Virus record (IMG/VR): IMGVR_UViG_3300025066_001240 | Strand: one strand, 5' to 3' | DNA: 64,000 bases | From: an uncultured virus (IMG/VR IMGVR_UViG_3300025066_001240) | Lineage: Duplodnaviria; Heunggongvirae; Uroviricota; Caudoviricetes | Part shown: piece by piece, positions 30,501 through 41,063 of the stretch | How the letters are laid out: each line of letters starts with the position of its first letter | Numbering within the stretch: position 1 is the stretch's first letter | Translations under genes and position numbers: made by a program | Notes under the pieces: generated by a model | Told to the model about the DNA's origin: nothing | The model's database searches: none | The model's input: the letters and a program-made list of their open reading frames with translations, nothing else

Positions 30501-31248
30501 AGTACTCCAACATTTTTTTTCGTAATTGCTTGTGTTTTTCTTGGTCTCCATACCAAACTTTTCCCGAAAGGTTATGTTCACTGACACGATAAAAGACAAT
30601 GATATCTGATAAATTCCTAATCTGAACACCTCTCATTGCGTTGATACTGTAGAAAATTAAATCGCCGTACACATTCCTATCGAGACCTGACTCGTCTTGA
30701 ATTTTTCTTATCAAACCGGCGTCAAACTCATCTACGACAGAGCGTCTCATGGCCGTTGAGGGGTTGTTTATAACCCACGATTTGGATAAAATGTACTGGT
30801 TTACATTGTAGGGATGTGAAGTAACCCCTTCACAATCCGGAGCGTTCATATCAATGAATGGTGATGTTCGATCAACAAACCTTTGTATTTGACCTCCTAC
30901 TATTCCTATGTCTTTATTTGTGTCTAAGAAAGCAATCTGTTTCTCTATTCTGTTGGGCGTCATTATATCGTCGCCATCCATAAACACCAGAAACTCACAA
31001 TCTTTGTCTAAAAATTTTTTCGCAAAAAGTCTAGCTGAGTCACACCCAAGGTTTTGCTCCGTCCTGACCAGTTGAATATTTTGACTAACAATTGATTCAA
31101 GAAATTTAATTGTCTCTAAGTTGATACTGCAATCATCTACAATAATAAGTTTCCAATGTTTATAAGTTTGGCTTTGAATACTCTGGATCGCCTCTTTTAA
31201 CCAAAGAACATTCGTATTGTGTACTGGCATAGCAATATTCACAATCAT
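30487..31248 (-). CDS. Glycosyltransferase family 2
   Basis: MPVHN, IIVDDCS, FMDGDD, RIEKQ. Confidence 0.88.
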   Translation of the reverse strand: MIVNIAMPVHNTNVLWLKEAIQSIQSQTYKHWKLIIVDDCSINLETIKFLESIVSQNIQLVRTEQNLGCDSARLFAKKFLDKDCEFLVFMDGDDIMTPNRIEKQIAFLDTNKDIGIVGGQIQRFVDRTSPFIDMNAPDCEGVTSHPYNVNQYILSKSWVINNPSTAMRRSVVDEFDAGLIRKIQDESGLDRNVYGDLIFYSINAMRGVQIRNLSDIIVFYRVSEHNLSGKVWYGDQEKHKQLRKKMLEYYVSK

Positions 31249-33215
31249 AATATCTTGTTCCACTCTACTTTGAAATTTTCAATAGAAAAATTTTCTCGAA
31301 TGTAGTCTCTATTTTTTGCTTCTTTTGTTGTCTCCTCGCACGACCTTATCGCTTTGGCCCACTCTGTTGCGTGAGATTTATATCTTACAATGGAGTCAGA
31401 AAACATACCTACGCCAACGGGGTGAGAAACTGTTGGTATACCATGTGCAATACCTTCCGCTACGGATAAACCGAAAGATTCGTCATAAGATGTAGATAAA
31501 GATAAAGAGCACGTTTTGAATAATTGTGAAACATCTTCTACGTGCCCGTAATAGAACACATTTTGTATACTGTCACTTAAAATCCTATGGTTGACCAAAT
31601 CTCTTGCTTCTTGATCGAAGTATTGCTCTAACCAACTACCAGCTATATGGAAATTAAAATCTGGTAAACAGTTAATAATATCGGCAAGGACTTGGACACC
31701 CTTATATTTCTCTATCCTATGATGCCACAGGATATTTTTTGGGACCGGCCTTCTTTTTAATTCTTTATCGAAGAATACTGGTGGAGGTATACATATACCG
31801 TTATAATGTTTTGCAACAGTCTTGTCCACAAACACACTAACGTCTGGTTTGAGAATATCAATTAATATATCGTGCAGTCGGTTATGTCTAAATCCAGAGT
31901 GAGATACGTATATTATCTTCTTATTGAGTGGATTATCTCTCATGAACATTGGCAATGATTCATTTAAATAGTATGCCCAATAGATGATAATATCAGATTT
32001 TACATAAACTTCTTCCATTTCTTCTTCAGAATAACCAGTCGTCATACCCGTTTCAAGGTTATGGAACTGGGGAGGGTTCGCCAGTGGTACTATACCAGTA
32101 ATATCATCACTAAAACATTGTGCAAAAAGTTTCATCCACGTAAGGGCACCTCCGGGGGCTATTTCACCTTGAATTAGACCTATTTTGTTTGATTTAAAAG
32201 TGTTCGACTTTAGATTATTTAAATCGCTTGGTTGCCAGATCGGCTCTATATTTTGGTAAGAGTTTTCATACCTTTGAGGCTCTATTGGACAAAAATCCCC
32301 TAAAGATATTTGTGACAGAACGGCCTCTCTAGTTTCTTGGTCCCTCAAAGAATTTACATGTATAAAATAAGCCTCTGAGGAATTGTACCAGAAACCATCT
32401 TCACAAGTGAATAGACAGTTCCACTTGAAGTCAAGTGGGTTAAAAACATCTTCGCCATAAACTAAAAGGGTCAAATAATTCTGGTCAAAGCACCACTGCT
32501 TAGGATATGTATCTGTGGGCTGTTGGTAGTATTTTGCACAAGACTTTGGTATAACCAAAACGCCCCCATTAATCATTACCTTGGGGTAAATTGTTCTACC
32601 ATTATCTAAAAATTTTTCTGCCTGCTTGTCTGTTAGAGTCTTTCTTATTATTATGTCCTGCTCTCGTTCAATCCAACTGTAATCTTTTTGCGACCAGATG
32701 CGATATTCATCAAAGCCAGATATTTTATCATCTGGTGTTATCTCAAAGATATTTGGTGCTTTATCAGATACAAGTATATCACAATCTAAATACAATGTTT
32801 TTTCGTATATAGAAGTTACTTGTCTTACTCTATACTTGTTAGCCATAGGCCAATCTGGATGTTGATCTCCAGTTAGCTCTATGTAATCTGCACCGCATTC
32901 TTGTGCGTATTCTTTGATTCTCTGACGTGTTACTCTGAGTAGTTTCCTAGCTGCCTCGTTAGCTGGAATGACGCATATAGCTAATGTACTTTTGGGTTCT
33001 GGAATATCATCATAAAAATCAATAGTGCTAACTCTATGTTCCGACGTACTCAAACTAAGCACACCCCTACTCTTAGATGGTCGTAGATATTTTTCCCTCT
33101 CTGCTTGAGATGTATCTTGGCACCACTTCCAGTTAGGCGGTATTACACCCATCTCTTTTTTAAAGACCTTACACCAACCCGGACTAGAGCATTGACACTT
33201 GGACAAATCATTCAT
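31245..33215 (-). CDS. Fused glycosyltransferase (GT8-like GT-A plus GT4 GT-B)
   Basis: LYLDCDILV, INGGVLV, DQNYL in the first half; KYKG..ESFGLSVAEG in the second half. Confidence 0.8.
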   Translation of the reverse strand: MNDLSKCQCSSPGWCKVFKKEMGVIPPNWKWCQDTSQAEREKYLRPSKSRGVLSLSTSEHRVSTIDFYDDIPEPKSTLAICVIPANEAARKLLRVTRQRIKEYAQECGADYIELTGDQHPDWPMANKYRVRQVTSIYEKTLYLDCDILVSDKAPNIFEITPDDKISGFDEYRIWSQKDYSWIEREQDIIIRKTLTDKQAEKFLDNGRTIYPKVMINGGVLVIPKSCAKYYQQPTDTYPKQWCFDQNYLTLLVYGEDVFNPLDFKWNCLFTCEDGFWYNSSEAYFIHVNSLRDQETREAVLSQISLGDFCPIEPQRYENSYQNIEPIWQPSDLNNLKSNTFKSNKIGLIQGEIAPGGALTWMKLFAQCFSDDITGIVPLANPPQFHNLETGMTTGYSEEEMEEVYVKSDIIIYWAYYLNESLPMFMRDNPLNKKIIYVSHSGFRHNRLHDILIDILKPDVSVFVDKTVAKHYNGICIPPPVFFDKELKRRPVPKNILWHHRIEKYKGVQVLADIINCLPDFNFHIAGSWLEQYFDQEARDLVNHRILSDSIQNVFYYGHVEDVSQLFKTCSLSLSTSYDESFGLSVAEGIAHGIPTVSHPVGVGMFSDSIVRYKSHATEWAKAIRSCEETTKEAKNRDYIRENFSIENFKVEWNKIL

Positions 33216-33287
33216 TAATAATCACCTTATAGGAATTGGTGTCCGACCGTTCTTTTTGTAGAAAGTCCGTCTTACACTTATTAGATT

Positions 33288-34328
33288 CTATCCGGGACTT
33301 TCGTAAAAACCTATGTCAAATCCGGGTCTGGTACATTTCTTGACGGTCTCTTCCATTCCGTGTTCTTTTATGTGTTTCTCTATAAATAGACACATATTTT
33401 CATCAGTTCCCTCCCAATTAGTCTTACAATAGTGGCACATTCTCGTACATTTGAAAGACCTACGACTGGGGTCCATTAGCTTAGGACTAGTGTTTTTCTT
33501 GATTTCCTCGAATCTCTTCTTGAGCATCCCCAGAAATCGCTCCTCATCGCTCTTATCGAAGCACATACTGAAGGGTTTTGGGTCCATTTCTCCCTCGGTA
33601 TCCTTGCAGAAGAAGATGCTCATGATCCGATTCAGATAGTCTGGGTACAACTTGGAGATAGCATAGAAGTAGAGCAACAACTGAGGGTCACTACTTAACT
33701 TTTTGAAGTCTTTTTCTTCCCCAGTAGCCCAGTTCATACGTCGCCCGGTCTTCCAGTCAATAACCTCGATGGTTTCGTCATTAACCAGAGTCACAAGGTC
33801 AATGGTGCCCTTGATAGCAAGCTGACCCTTCACCATTTTACCATCAATCTCATACTCAAACTTTGCCCAGTCTTCTTCAATAGGAATATCAAAGTGAGGC
33901 TCAGGATGATGGATGTTGCGGAGGCGTGGGTCGAACTGACCGCCGTTCTGCCTAATGAACATGTAGACGGAACGCTTTACTTCTTTCAGGTCTCTCGGGT
34001 ACCACTTATGATCCGTCATCTTTAACTTATAACACTCAAAACTTAACTCACACAACTCATCCAAAAGATCGTCGGTGAGCAATCTGTTCTTATCAATTTT
34101 TACTTTACCGCAGGCATCATCTTCAACTACCAGAAACTTGTTCTTGGGTTTGTCCTGTTGGAATTTCTTCAGCCCAGAAAGGATCTCCATAACCTTGTGG
34201 GCCATCGTCCCCATGTCGGCACGCTTATTACTCTTAGACGGCCAGCCTAGGTTGTAAGTGATGAAATACTGCATTTGGCAGTAGTCAAAGTTGGTATAGC
34301 TGCTCGACCTGATGTACGTAACGATCAA
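33288..34328 (-). CDS. PD-(D/E)XK nuclease (RecB/AddB/Cas4-like)
   Basis: YCQMQY, GTMAH, KGTIDLV..IDWKTG, QLLLY, C-terminal Cys cluster. Confidence 0.85.
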   Translation of the reverse strand: MIVTYIRSSSYTNFDYCQMQYFITYNLGWPSKSNKRADMGTMAHKVMEILSGLKKFQQDKPKNKFLVVEDDACGKVKIDKNRLLTDDLLDELCELSFECYKLKMTDHKWYPRDLKEVKRSVYMFIRQNGGQFDPRLRNIHHPEPHFDIPIEEDWAKFEYEIDGKMVKGQLAIKGTIDLVTLVNDETIEVIDWKTGRRMNWATGEEKDFKKLSSDPQLLLYFYAISKLYPDYLNRIMSIFFCKDTEGEMDPKPFSMCFDKSDEERFLGMLKKRFEEIKKNTSPKLMDPSRRSFKCTRMCHYCKTNWEGTDENMCLFIEKHIKEHGMEETVKKCTRPGFDIGFYESPG

Positions 34329-34330
34329 GA

Positions 34331-35200
34331 TTATCTCCTAAATAATTGCTTGACTGACTCAACAAGGTGATCAACACTCTTGTCAGCGTTGTCAATAACG
34401 GTCTTGAATGGGTAATCATCTAACGCCGTTTCGCTTGAGTGCTTGTCGTCGCTAAAGGGGACTCGGTTCAACCTCCACAGGTCTCCACCGATTTTTGTTA
34501 TTGCTTCTGCCTCATTGGGGAAACGGATATCCGCAATGATGGCAAGTTCTGATTGTTCTTGTTGAATTCTCTTAATACAGGAGTTGATCCAAATAGGACC
34601 GTACATCTTACGCATCACGTCAGTTCCGAGGAACTGCATGAATTCTCTGGCGGTCATTGGGCCGGGTTTGTGAATTAAAAATAACCCATCGTCAAACGAT
34701 AGTATACCTTCGAACTTACGCTTGATAAACTCCTCATCAGTAACACTAGGAGTTAACATGTCAACGCAGTTGTAACCACCAGACGTTTCATTAAACAGAA
34801 AATTAGCCTCCTGAGGCACGATAACCCCCAGCATATTCTCCCAAAGAAGATGCTCCTGAAGAGTATTCTTCTGGTCGTCAGTTCCCCAAACGCATCCATG
34901 AGGAATCTCAAATAGCTCAACACACATTTGCTTGAGACTATCAGCGAAACTGTACAGCTTCACATAGGGCCACAGATTCAACTCTGCGTACTCTACGAAT
35001 TCCCTGTCCTTGCGGGTAATGTCAAAACCGCCCCACCCCAAATTTCCGAAGGTGTCGTGGGTTAGAACGTTAAGGTCTCCCTCAGCCCCAATATTCCAAT
35101 CTTCTGCCAACCCATATTTCTGGAGAACCAGACCATTGAGGATATTAGCAGTTGTGTTCTTACCAGCCTGCTTCCTACCTGAGATACCAATAACCTTCAT
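34331..35200 (-). CDS. Deoxynucleoside monophosphate kinase
   Basis: GRKQAGKNT, SFADSLK, REFMQFLGTD, DIRFPNE, HSSE. Confidence 0.85.
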   Translation of the reverse strand: MKVIGISGRKQAGKNTTANILNGLVLQKYGLAEDWNIGAEGDLNVLTHDTFGNLGWGGFDITRKDREFVEYAELNLWPYVKLYSFADSLKQMCVELFEIPHGCVWGTDDQKNTLQEHLLWENMLGVIVPQEANFLFNETSGGYNCVDMLTPSVTDEEFIKRKFEGILSFDDGLFLIHKPGPMTAREFMQFLGTDVMRKMYGPIWINSCIKRIQQEQSELAIIADIRFPNEAEAITKIGGDLWRLNRVPFSDDKHSSETALDDYPFKTVIDNADKSVDHLVESVKQLFRR

Positions 35201-36219
35201 TAATACAATCCCCTTAGTCCTGATAGAATGTTGTCTTGAATGTTCTCCACAAATAAGTTCCCCAAGTCTTTGGAGTGCATCTGCGGAAAGGTGAGTGTGA
35301 ATAAACGACCGAAATCTCTCTTGATCTTGATCTTACCTTCTCTGCCCGCTGAGTCGTTATCTGTGAGGATTACGAGATTGGTAATCCCGCTGGTCAGCAA
35401 CAGCCTCTTCTGCTGCTCTGATACCGACTTGCCAAACAGCCCGACGCAATTTACAACGCCAGCCTCAAACATTTTCCATACGTCACCCTGACCCTCTACA
35501 ATGAAAAGGGTTCGGGTTTCCAACGCACGCTCAATAGCACGGTCCCAGTTATAGCAATAGTCAGTCTTCCTAAGACCACTTGAAAACAAGTACTTAGGCT
35601 GTAACCACTGCTCTGTGGATCTGGCGATGTATCCCATCTGTTTTCTCTTGAAATAGATAGGGATTATGGAGCGAAACTTCATGGGCGAACGTTTGTCGTC
35701 ACAGTCTTCCACTCCAAACACCTTGAGGGTCTCTGGCTTGAACCCACGAGCCTCGAAATAGGGTGAGCGACCGCAAGTGCTAACTTTATCGAACGTGCTC
35801 TCTGTGAGGGTCTGAGAGGGCTTATTGAAGATCTTGTTCAAATTGGTAAGGTGGTGGAACCTAACCTGCTTAGACTCAAAACCCTGAGCATCATTTATGT
35901 TATAGATCTGAGAAATAACCCTCAGAACATCACCAAAAGAGTCTGTGTCCAGAAGACCCTTAATAAAGCCAAAGATATCACTACCATAATGATCGTGACA
36001 CCCACGAGTCCAACACTTCCAAACCTTGAACTTGGGAGAGATTGAGCATCCGTTACGGTTGTCGCTGCCTTCGTGGATAGGGCAGCACATGAAGATGTTG
36101 TCGCCATCCTGATCATACTTTAAGTTGAAGTTATCTAACAACTTGTAAACATCGTCGAAGATAATATCCTTGACCTTCTCTAGGTTTAATCTCTTATCCG
36201 ACGTGTTTGTTGTATTCAT
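35200..36219 (-). CDS. dnaG: DNA primase (CHC2 Zn finger plus TOPRIM)
   Basis: CCPIH..CWTRGC; PKY; IVEGQGD; TDND.AG; KD. Confidence 0.88.
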   Translation of the reverse strand: MNTTNTSDKRLNLEKVKDIIFDDVYKLLDNFNLKYDQDGDNIFMCCPIHEGSDNRNGCSISPKFKVWKCWTRGCHDHYGSDIFGFIKGLLDTDSFGDVLRVISQIYNINDAQGFESKQVRFHHLTNLNKIFNKPSQTLTESTFDKVSTCGRSPYFEARGFKPETLKVFGVEDCDDKRSPMKFRSIIPIYFKRKQMGYIARSTEQWLQPKYLFSSGLRKTDYCYNWDRAIERALETRTLFIVEGQGDVWKMFEAGVVNCVGLFGKSVSEQQKRLLLTSGITNLVILTDNDSAGREGKIKIKRDFGRLFTLTFPQMHSKDLGNLFVENIQDNILSGLRGLY

Positions 36220-36351
36220 ACCAGAGCAACCCTGTATTTGCTAGTGCGTAGGAAAACCACGTTAAAGCGTGTGGATAATCACCATGTCGGAAGTTATCTC
36301 AGCACAAATCAGGCATAGGAATGAGGCAGCGGCTATTGCGTAGATTGACAT
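36194..36351 (-). pseudogene. Small membrane protein with a single frameshift
   Basis: MSIYAIAAASFLCLICAE in one frame continues as DNFRHGDYPHALTWFSYALANTGLLWYEYNKHVG* in another; span 158 nt. Confidence 0.45.
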
Positions 36352-36533
36352 TCATCTCTCCAACTATTTGCCGCTTCTTGTACTTTGTTTATTACGTCGT
36401 TGAAAAAGTCCGCAAACTCATCCTGAGCCATATATTGTACTAGACCATCAGCCACATACCTCCATCTCTTAGTGCCTTTGTGGTCTACGTTAATCGCACC
36501 CCCAAGTACGTCATCTATTAATGTTTCGTTCAT
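36333..36533 (-). CDS. Hypothetical protein
   Basis: Start at MNETLIDD after GAGGGG RBS. Confidence 0.55.
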   Translation of the reverse strand: MNETLIDDVLGGAINVDHKGTKRWRYVADGLVQYMAQDEFADFFNDVINKVQEAANSWRDECQSTQ

Positions 36534-36741
36534 CTTTCCCCCTCGTCTGTGGTGGCATGTAGCCAAAAATATGTCCGCAAATAAACCCAACTGTAAAGGT
36601 TACAAAAGGTGCCTCAAAAGCCGAATTCTGCATAAACCGACTGACACTCAACTCTACCCCACCTATGGCGACCGCGTACAGGTCATATAACCCAAGGGTG
36701 ATTACAAGTGTCGTGACAACCAGTGCTGTTCTAGTCATCAA
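36511..36741 (-). CDS. Small two-TM membrane protein
   Basis: Two hydrophobic segments; GFICGHIF. Confidence 0.65.
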   Translation of the reverse strand: MMTRTALVVTTLVITLGLYDLYAVAIGGVELSVSRFMQNSAFEAPFVTFTVGFICGHIFGYMPPQTRGKDERNINR

Positions 36742-36791
36742 TTCTCCCTCCTTTTTATCTCTCAGGAAACGTACTTGATCTTCCTAGTCCA

Positions 36792-38231
36792 TTATTCATC
36801 GTCTTCCTCAATAGGTTGATTGGCACCCTCTAGAGCACCATTGGGGTTAGTTCTAGCCTCATCTCTAGTACTGATTTCTGTGATTCTAGCGTGAGCACCG
36901 TCCATGCTGAAGTTGATGTAGTTGCCGTCCACCAATCCACCACCGTGTCTAGCTTTCTTAACGACAGCCTTGTGGGTTCCGCCCTGAGGACCATCTTCGG
37001 CTATTTCCTCTTGGGCCTTTGGCTTAAAGATAGCAAATGAGGTGCAAAGCCAGATGATGCGATCTGACCCAGCCGCCACCGACGTGTCTTCCCTAGTGAT
37101 GCCGTCACGGTTCAACTGAATAAATGATAGACAGGCGAAATCATACTTAACAGAGAGGTTGTGTAGAGTAGTAATCTGAAACCCTAGTGCCTGATATTCT
37201 TGCATATTATTGGAAATACCAGAGGAAGACATGAGTTTGAGATAATCGTATACCACCAAGCAGTCGTTAGTACGACCCTCCTCATCCTGTCCAACCTCTC
37301 GTAGAATCCAGCGTTTGATAGTATTCACAATGGTCTCAAATGGAGCACCAGCAACACCAACGTAGGTGTACGGCAAAGACTTGATTTCTTCGAATGCCGC
37401 TTTGACGGCGAGGTACTTTTCCTCATTTACTGAGAACTGCCCAGTCGCAATCTCGTTAATAGGTACACCACTAATATGAGCGGCCAGCCTGTTCATATGA
37501 TCTTCTTTACTCATCTCAGTATCCAACATTAGCACTGGAATACCGTTACGAGCATTGTGGAGAGACACATTGTCAGCAAATACAGACTTACCAACACCGG
37601 GACGTGCGGAGACGATATCGATACACTTGCGTCTTAGTCCACCTCCGATAACCGCGTCATACCTAGGATATCCAGAGGTCAGACCAATTTGGTCACACTT
37701 ATTCTCTATCAAGAATTGTAGGTAGTCATCGGCACCATCGCCAAGCTGTTCTGGCTTTTGACCGTTCTCATCGTCACGTAAGAATTCCATAAGAGGATTC
37801 TCAACCAGACCAATGATATCATCAATGGATTCGTCCCCATTGATATCGTCAATACCCCTCTCAATCTTCTTGGCAATACGTTTGGCACTTCGGGCAAACT
37901 CAAACTTCTTAATCTGTGCCGCGAAGAAAAGAACATTGTCCTGCTTAACGGGAAACTCCATCAAGGAACCAATGTATTCTAACTCCTGATCTGTGTTGAT
38001 AACATCAGATAGGTTGAGTTGTTGTGCGGCAGACAGGATGGCTGGCACGTCTACTACGGCCTCGTTCTGCAAGACCTTCTCAATACACTTGTAGATAACC
38101 TGATTGTTCTGATGAGCAAAGCTACCGTGATCAATAACATCGTTGATTTCTACATATGCGTCCAGTCCATAGCTAAACAGTCCTGCCAAGACGGCTCGTT
38201 CAGCACCAATGTCTGAGAGTTTCTGATCCAT
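36792..38231 (-). CDS. dnaB: Replicative DNA helicase
   Basis: AERAVL, ARPGVGKS, DTEMS, YDYLKLM, QLNR, KARHG. Confidence 0.93.
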   Translation of the reverse strand: MDQKLSDIGAERAVLAGLFSYGLDAYVEINDVIDHGSFAHQNNQVIYKCIEKVLQNEAVVDVPAILSAAQQLNLSDVINTDQELEYIGSLMEFPVKQDNVLFFAAQIKKFEFARSAKRIAKKIERGIDDINGDESIDDIIGLVENPLMEFLRDDENGQKPEQLGDGADDYLQFLIENKCDQIGLTSGYPRYDAVIGGGLRRKCIDIVSARPGVGKSVFADNVSLHNARNGIPVLMLDTEMSKEDHMNRLAAHISGVPINEIATGQFSVNEEKYLAVKAAFEEIKSLPYTYVGVAGAPFETIVNTIKRWILREVGQDEEGRTNDCLVVYDYLKLMSSSGISNNMQEYQALGFQITTLHNLSVKYDFACLSFIQLNRDGITREDTSVAAGSDRIIWLCTSFAIFKPKAQEEIAEDGPQGGTHKAVVKKARHGGGLVDGNYINFSMDGAHARITEISTRDEARTNPNGALEGANQPIEEDDE

Positions 38232-38237
38232 GCTAAA

Positions 38238-38654
38238 CTAACTTCCTATGCAACGACCGCAGCGGGGGAATGAACCAAACAGCGTACTACCGTGTGCGAT
38301 GAACGATTTCTTACACACATGACACTCAACCTCTACCACGTCAGGTGCTGGCCGTGAGCGTGCCACCTTTTCATACTTAGTGGGGTCAAAGTTCTCGTCT
38401 CGATTCTCTCCCTCGTCAGTCCACTGGTTACTCTTAGCCTTCACGGGTGTTCTATGACCCCTCTGATCACCGGGTGGAGTAACAGAGAAGTCTTCATTAA
38501 CGACTGACCCTCGCGTCTTAGGCTTGTCTATGACGGCCTTGGGGTGTGCGGGTATATCTTCTAAGGGGTTTTTATCCAGTAGTTGCGACAAGATCTCTTG
38601 TTTTTCTTCTGGGGACAACGACTCAAACAACGCTTTGAGAATATCTACACTCAT
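38238..38654 (-). CDS. Hypothetical protein with C-terminal Zn ribbon
   Basis: CHVC...CGRC. Confidence 0.65.
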   Translation of the reverse strand: MSVDILKALFESLSPEEKQEILSQLLDKNPLEDIPAHPKAVIDKPKTRGSVVNEDFSVTPPGDQRGHRTPVKAKSNQWTDEGENRDENFDPTKYEKVARSRPAPDVVEVECHVCKKSFIAHGSTLFGSFPRCGRCIGS

Positions 38655-39139
38655 TTTCGTCTTCCTTTTTCAATCAGGATATCAGCTTTCCTGCGTATGT
38701 TGTGCTCACGGTTTTCTAACTTCGCTAGTCTGGAGTCCGCGACTTCCTTCCAGTCATAGATTTTTTTAGCCAATTCGTTCTCTCTGAGTACCCTGCCAAC
38801 CTTAATCTCATGCTTTGCAATAGTTTGACTATCAAATTCTTGAGAGTATATGCTATTTAACGTTGAGGCACACCATCTGGCGACATTTTGCTGACCAGCA
38901 CGCTCACCAGCAATATGGTCGGCGTATTGGTAGAGCATAAAAGCGTAGTTGAAACATTCGTCTTGAGTTAACGTGTCTAGGGTCGCTAAGTCAAAAGTTT
39001 CCGCCATAGCAAAATCAGCTTTGAATACTGTTGGTGCGGCATTCTTCAGCGTGATATACTCATCAATTCTCCTGATGAACTCTTTAAGTCTGTCAGCAGC
39101 AGCACTCAATTTGCTTTCTCCAATATTCTTCGGGGTCAC
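38651..39139 (-). CDS. Hypothetical helical protein (possible recombination mediator)
   Basis: Coiled-coil C-terminus; lies between recA and dnaB; start uncertain. Confidence 0.55.
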   Translation of the reverse strand: MTPKNIGESKLSAAADRLKEFIRRIDEYITLKNAAPTVFKADFAMAETFDLATLDTLTQDECFNYAFMLYQYADHIAGERAGQQNVARWCASTLNSIYSQEFDSQTIAKHEIKVGRVLRENELAKKIYDWKEVADSRLAKLENREHNIRRKADILIEKGRRK

Positions 39140-39509
39140 TGTAGTTGAAAACGATTAGTTCAATCTCGTTTATCTCACACCAATCAGCCTTGTTACGATC
39201 CCTCATTTGAGAGAAAAGAAAGCCAGCCTTCGTTTTGTGAAAGAACGGGGTGAATTCAAAGTGCTGTTGACCATGAACCTCTACGCCTATTTTAGCGTTC
39301 GGAATGTAGAAGTCAAGGTATAAAACAGATTTTAAGGCGGGATTGACCGTTCCCGGCAACTTTACCTCTTCGTAGACTGAATAACCCTTAAACTTTTCTC
39401 CAAGTATTTCCCTAGCGGCTCGATGATACTTAGAACACTTAGCTCTCTGCTTGGAATATTCCTTGAGATCCAGATTGTATTCCAGACCATTCAGTCCGGT
39501 TACTTTCAT
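39093..39509 (-). CDS. Vsr/DUF559-like endonuclease
   Basis: LYLDFYIP..VEVHGQQH..RDRNK.WC. Confidence 0.75.
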   Translation of the reverse strand: MKVTGLNGLEYNLDLKEYSKQRAKCSKYHRAAREILGEKFKGYSVYEEVKLPGTVNPALKSVLYLDFYIPNAKIGVEVHGQQHFEFTPFFHKTKAGFLFSQMRDRNKADWCEINEIELIVFNYSDPEEYWRKQIECCC

Positions 39510-40627
39510 ATTAGGATATCTCTCACTTGTTGAATAAGGAAGTCTTGTAGATCTTGATTTTCAGCAATGAAATCTGAAACATTGCTCATACCCTGAAACT
39601 TGAACGCCTTCGTTACCGCATCAGCATCCTCTGGGTTCACCTCGTTGACCTTGAGATACTTCTGGATGATTGGGTCGTCTTTGTTGTCAATGAAGCACCC
39701 AGCGGTGTACCAAGCACCCTTGACGGATATAAGAGCGAACTGCGTAGCTATGTGACAGATCTCCTGTGCCTCATCAACCCCGACCCCATACTTGATCCAA
39801 CTCTCTGCGAGGCTGTTTGGGATGCCTCCAGCGGCAGACGTAAGGATCTTCCAGTTGGCTACTTGGCCGACGTGATTGCCAGAATCTTTTGGTACTTCCC
39901 ACTTGCCACGATGAGTAATCACCATATTTGTACCAACTTGATACTGTAACATATTACCAGAGTCAGCCATTTTCTTTGGGGCAAAACGGCTACCACCAGT
40001 GTTAGCAATGTTATGGGTGATAAAAATCACGATAGACTTCATACGAGATACATCGCCGCTTACACGCTTAAAGAACATGGACAGCAGTCTCGGTAAAGCG
40101 TTTCGTACACCTGTGCGAATCTCACCGTTTAACTCATCCTGAGGAACCATGTTTGAAGCTGAATCAATGATACACACCAAACCCGGCTCTTGCTTAATCA
40201 GGGTTTCCAGTGCGTTCAGGTACGTCTCAGCGGACACCTTGGGTTCTTTGTCTGTAGCCTGTACGATGCTAATAGCGTCAACATCCAGATCTTTGATACC
40301 TGTGAAGTTCTCTTTGGTCATCCGACCCTCAGTGTTTAGGTAGAACACCTTCTTACCTAGTTTTTGTGCTTTAGCCGCGAAGTACAGGGCTGTTGTCGTT
40401 TTCCCGGTCTTGGGATCTCCCGTGATATTGACACACTGTCCTTCTCTCAAGCCTCCTCCAAGAGCAAGATCTAGTGCGGGAGACACGCTGATAACATCAA
40501 ATTTCTCCAGTGTTTCCAGAACCTCAGTTCCAGATTCAATAATATCACCATATTTCTTAGTAATACTGTCGACCAGTACGTCACCAGTTTCCTTAATCTT
40601 GCCCTTCTTCGCTGTTTTTTTTGCCAT
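39506..40627 (-). CDS. recA: RecA-like recombinase
   Basis: SPALDLALGGG, GDPKTGKTT, EGR, IIDS, YGVGVD, GAWY. Confidence 0.9.
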   Translation of the reverse strand: MAKKTAKKGKIKETGDVLVDSITKKYGDIIESGTEVLETLEKFDVISVSPALDLALGGGLREGQCVNITGDPKTGKTTTALYFAAKAQKLGKKVFYLNTEGRMTKENFTGIKDLDVDAISIVQATDKEPKVSAETYLNALETLIKQEPGLVCIIDSASNMVPQDELNGEIRTGVRNALPRLLSMFFKRVSGDVSRMKSIVIFITHNIANTGGSRFAPKKMADSGNMLQYQVGTNMVITHRGKWEVPKDSGNHVGQVANWKILTSAAGGIPNSLAESWIKYGVGVDEAQEICHIATQFALISVKGAWYTAGCFIDNKDDPIIQKYLKVNEVNPEDADAVTKAFKFQGMSNVSDFIAENQDLQDFLIQQVRDILI

Positions 40628-41063
40628 TCTCGATATTCCTTAACTTTTGTAGGATGTTTTTCTTGCCGTATGTCTTCTTGCGTACTGTTGGATTTTCTTT
40701 GTACACAACTTCTTGTTTTTCTGCCTCACTCTGTTCCTTCGCTATCAGGTGATACTTGCCAATTATCCTCTCCGCACTAGGATGGTTAAGAGAGAATATC
40801 TTTCGGAATTCATTGGAAGTAATAGCTTTGACAATACCGGCTTCGCTAAACTTCTTGATTAGCTGGTTAGCCCTGAACAATTGACGTTTGAAAGTCCAGT
40901 CCCACGGTTTTCTATTCCAAAACTTATGTGGCAGTGAACCCTCATTCTTGTTCTCCGCGTTTTTCTTACACATAATCTCAGCCACGTAGGCCGCACAGGT
41001 ACAGTGGCCACCTGTTGATTCATGTTTATACCTGCTCTTGTCTGTTCTTTTTCGTTTTTTCAT
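40593..41063 (-). CDS. Hypothetical protein
   Basis: 156-aa basic coupled ORF. Confidence 0.65.
   Translation of the reverse strand: MKKRKRTDKSRYKHESTGGHCTCAAYVAEIMCKKNAENKNEGSLPHKFWNRKPWDWTFKRQLFRANQLIKKFSEAGIVKAITSNEFRKIFSLNHPSAERIIGKYHLIAKEQSEAEKQEVVYKENPTVRKKTYGKKNILQKLRNIENGKKNSEEGQD

Noticed and set aside
33288..34328. Cas4-like nuclease as part of a CRISPR-Cas system
   Set aside because: No repeat-spacer array or other cas genes in the window; the context is phage replication/recombination.
24386..40627. Inteins in DnaE halves, DnaB, primase or RecA
   Set aside because: No C/S-start or HN-C/S/T junction motifs and no length excess.
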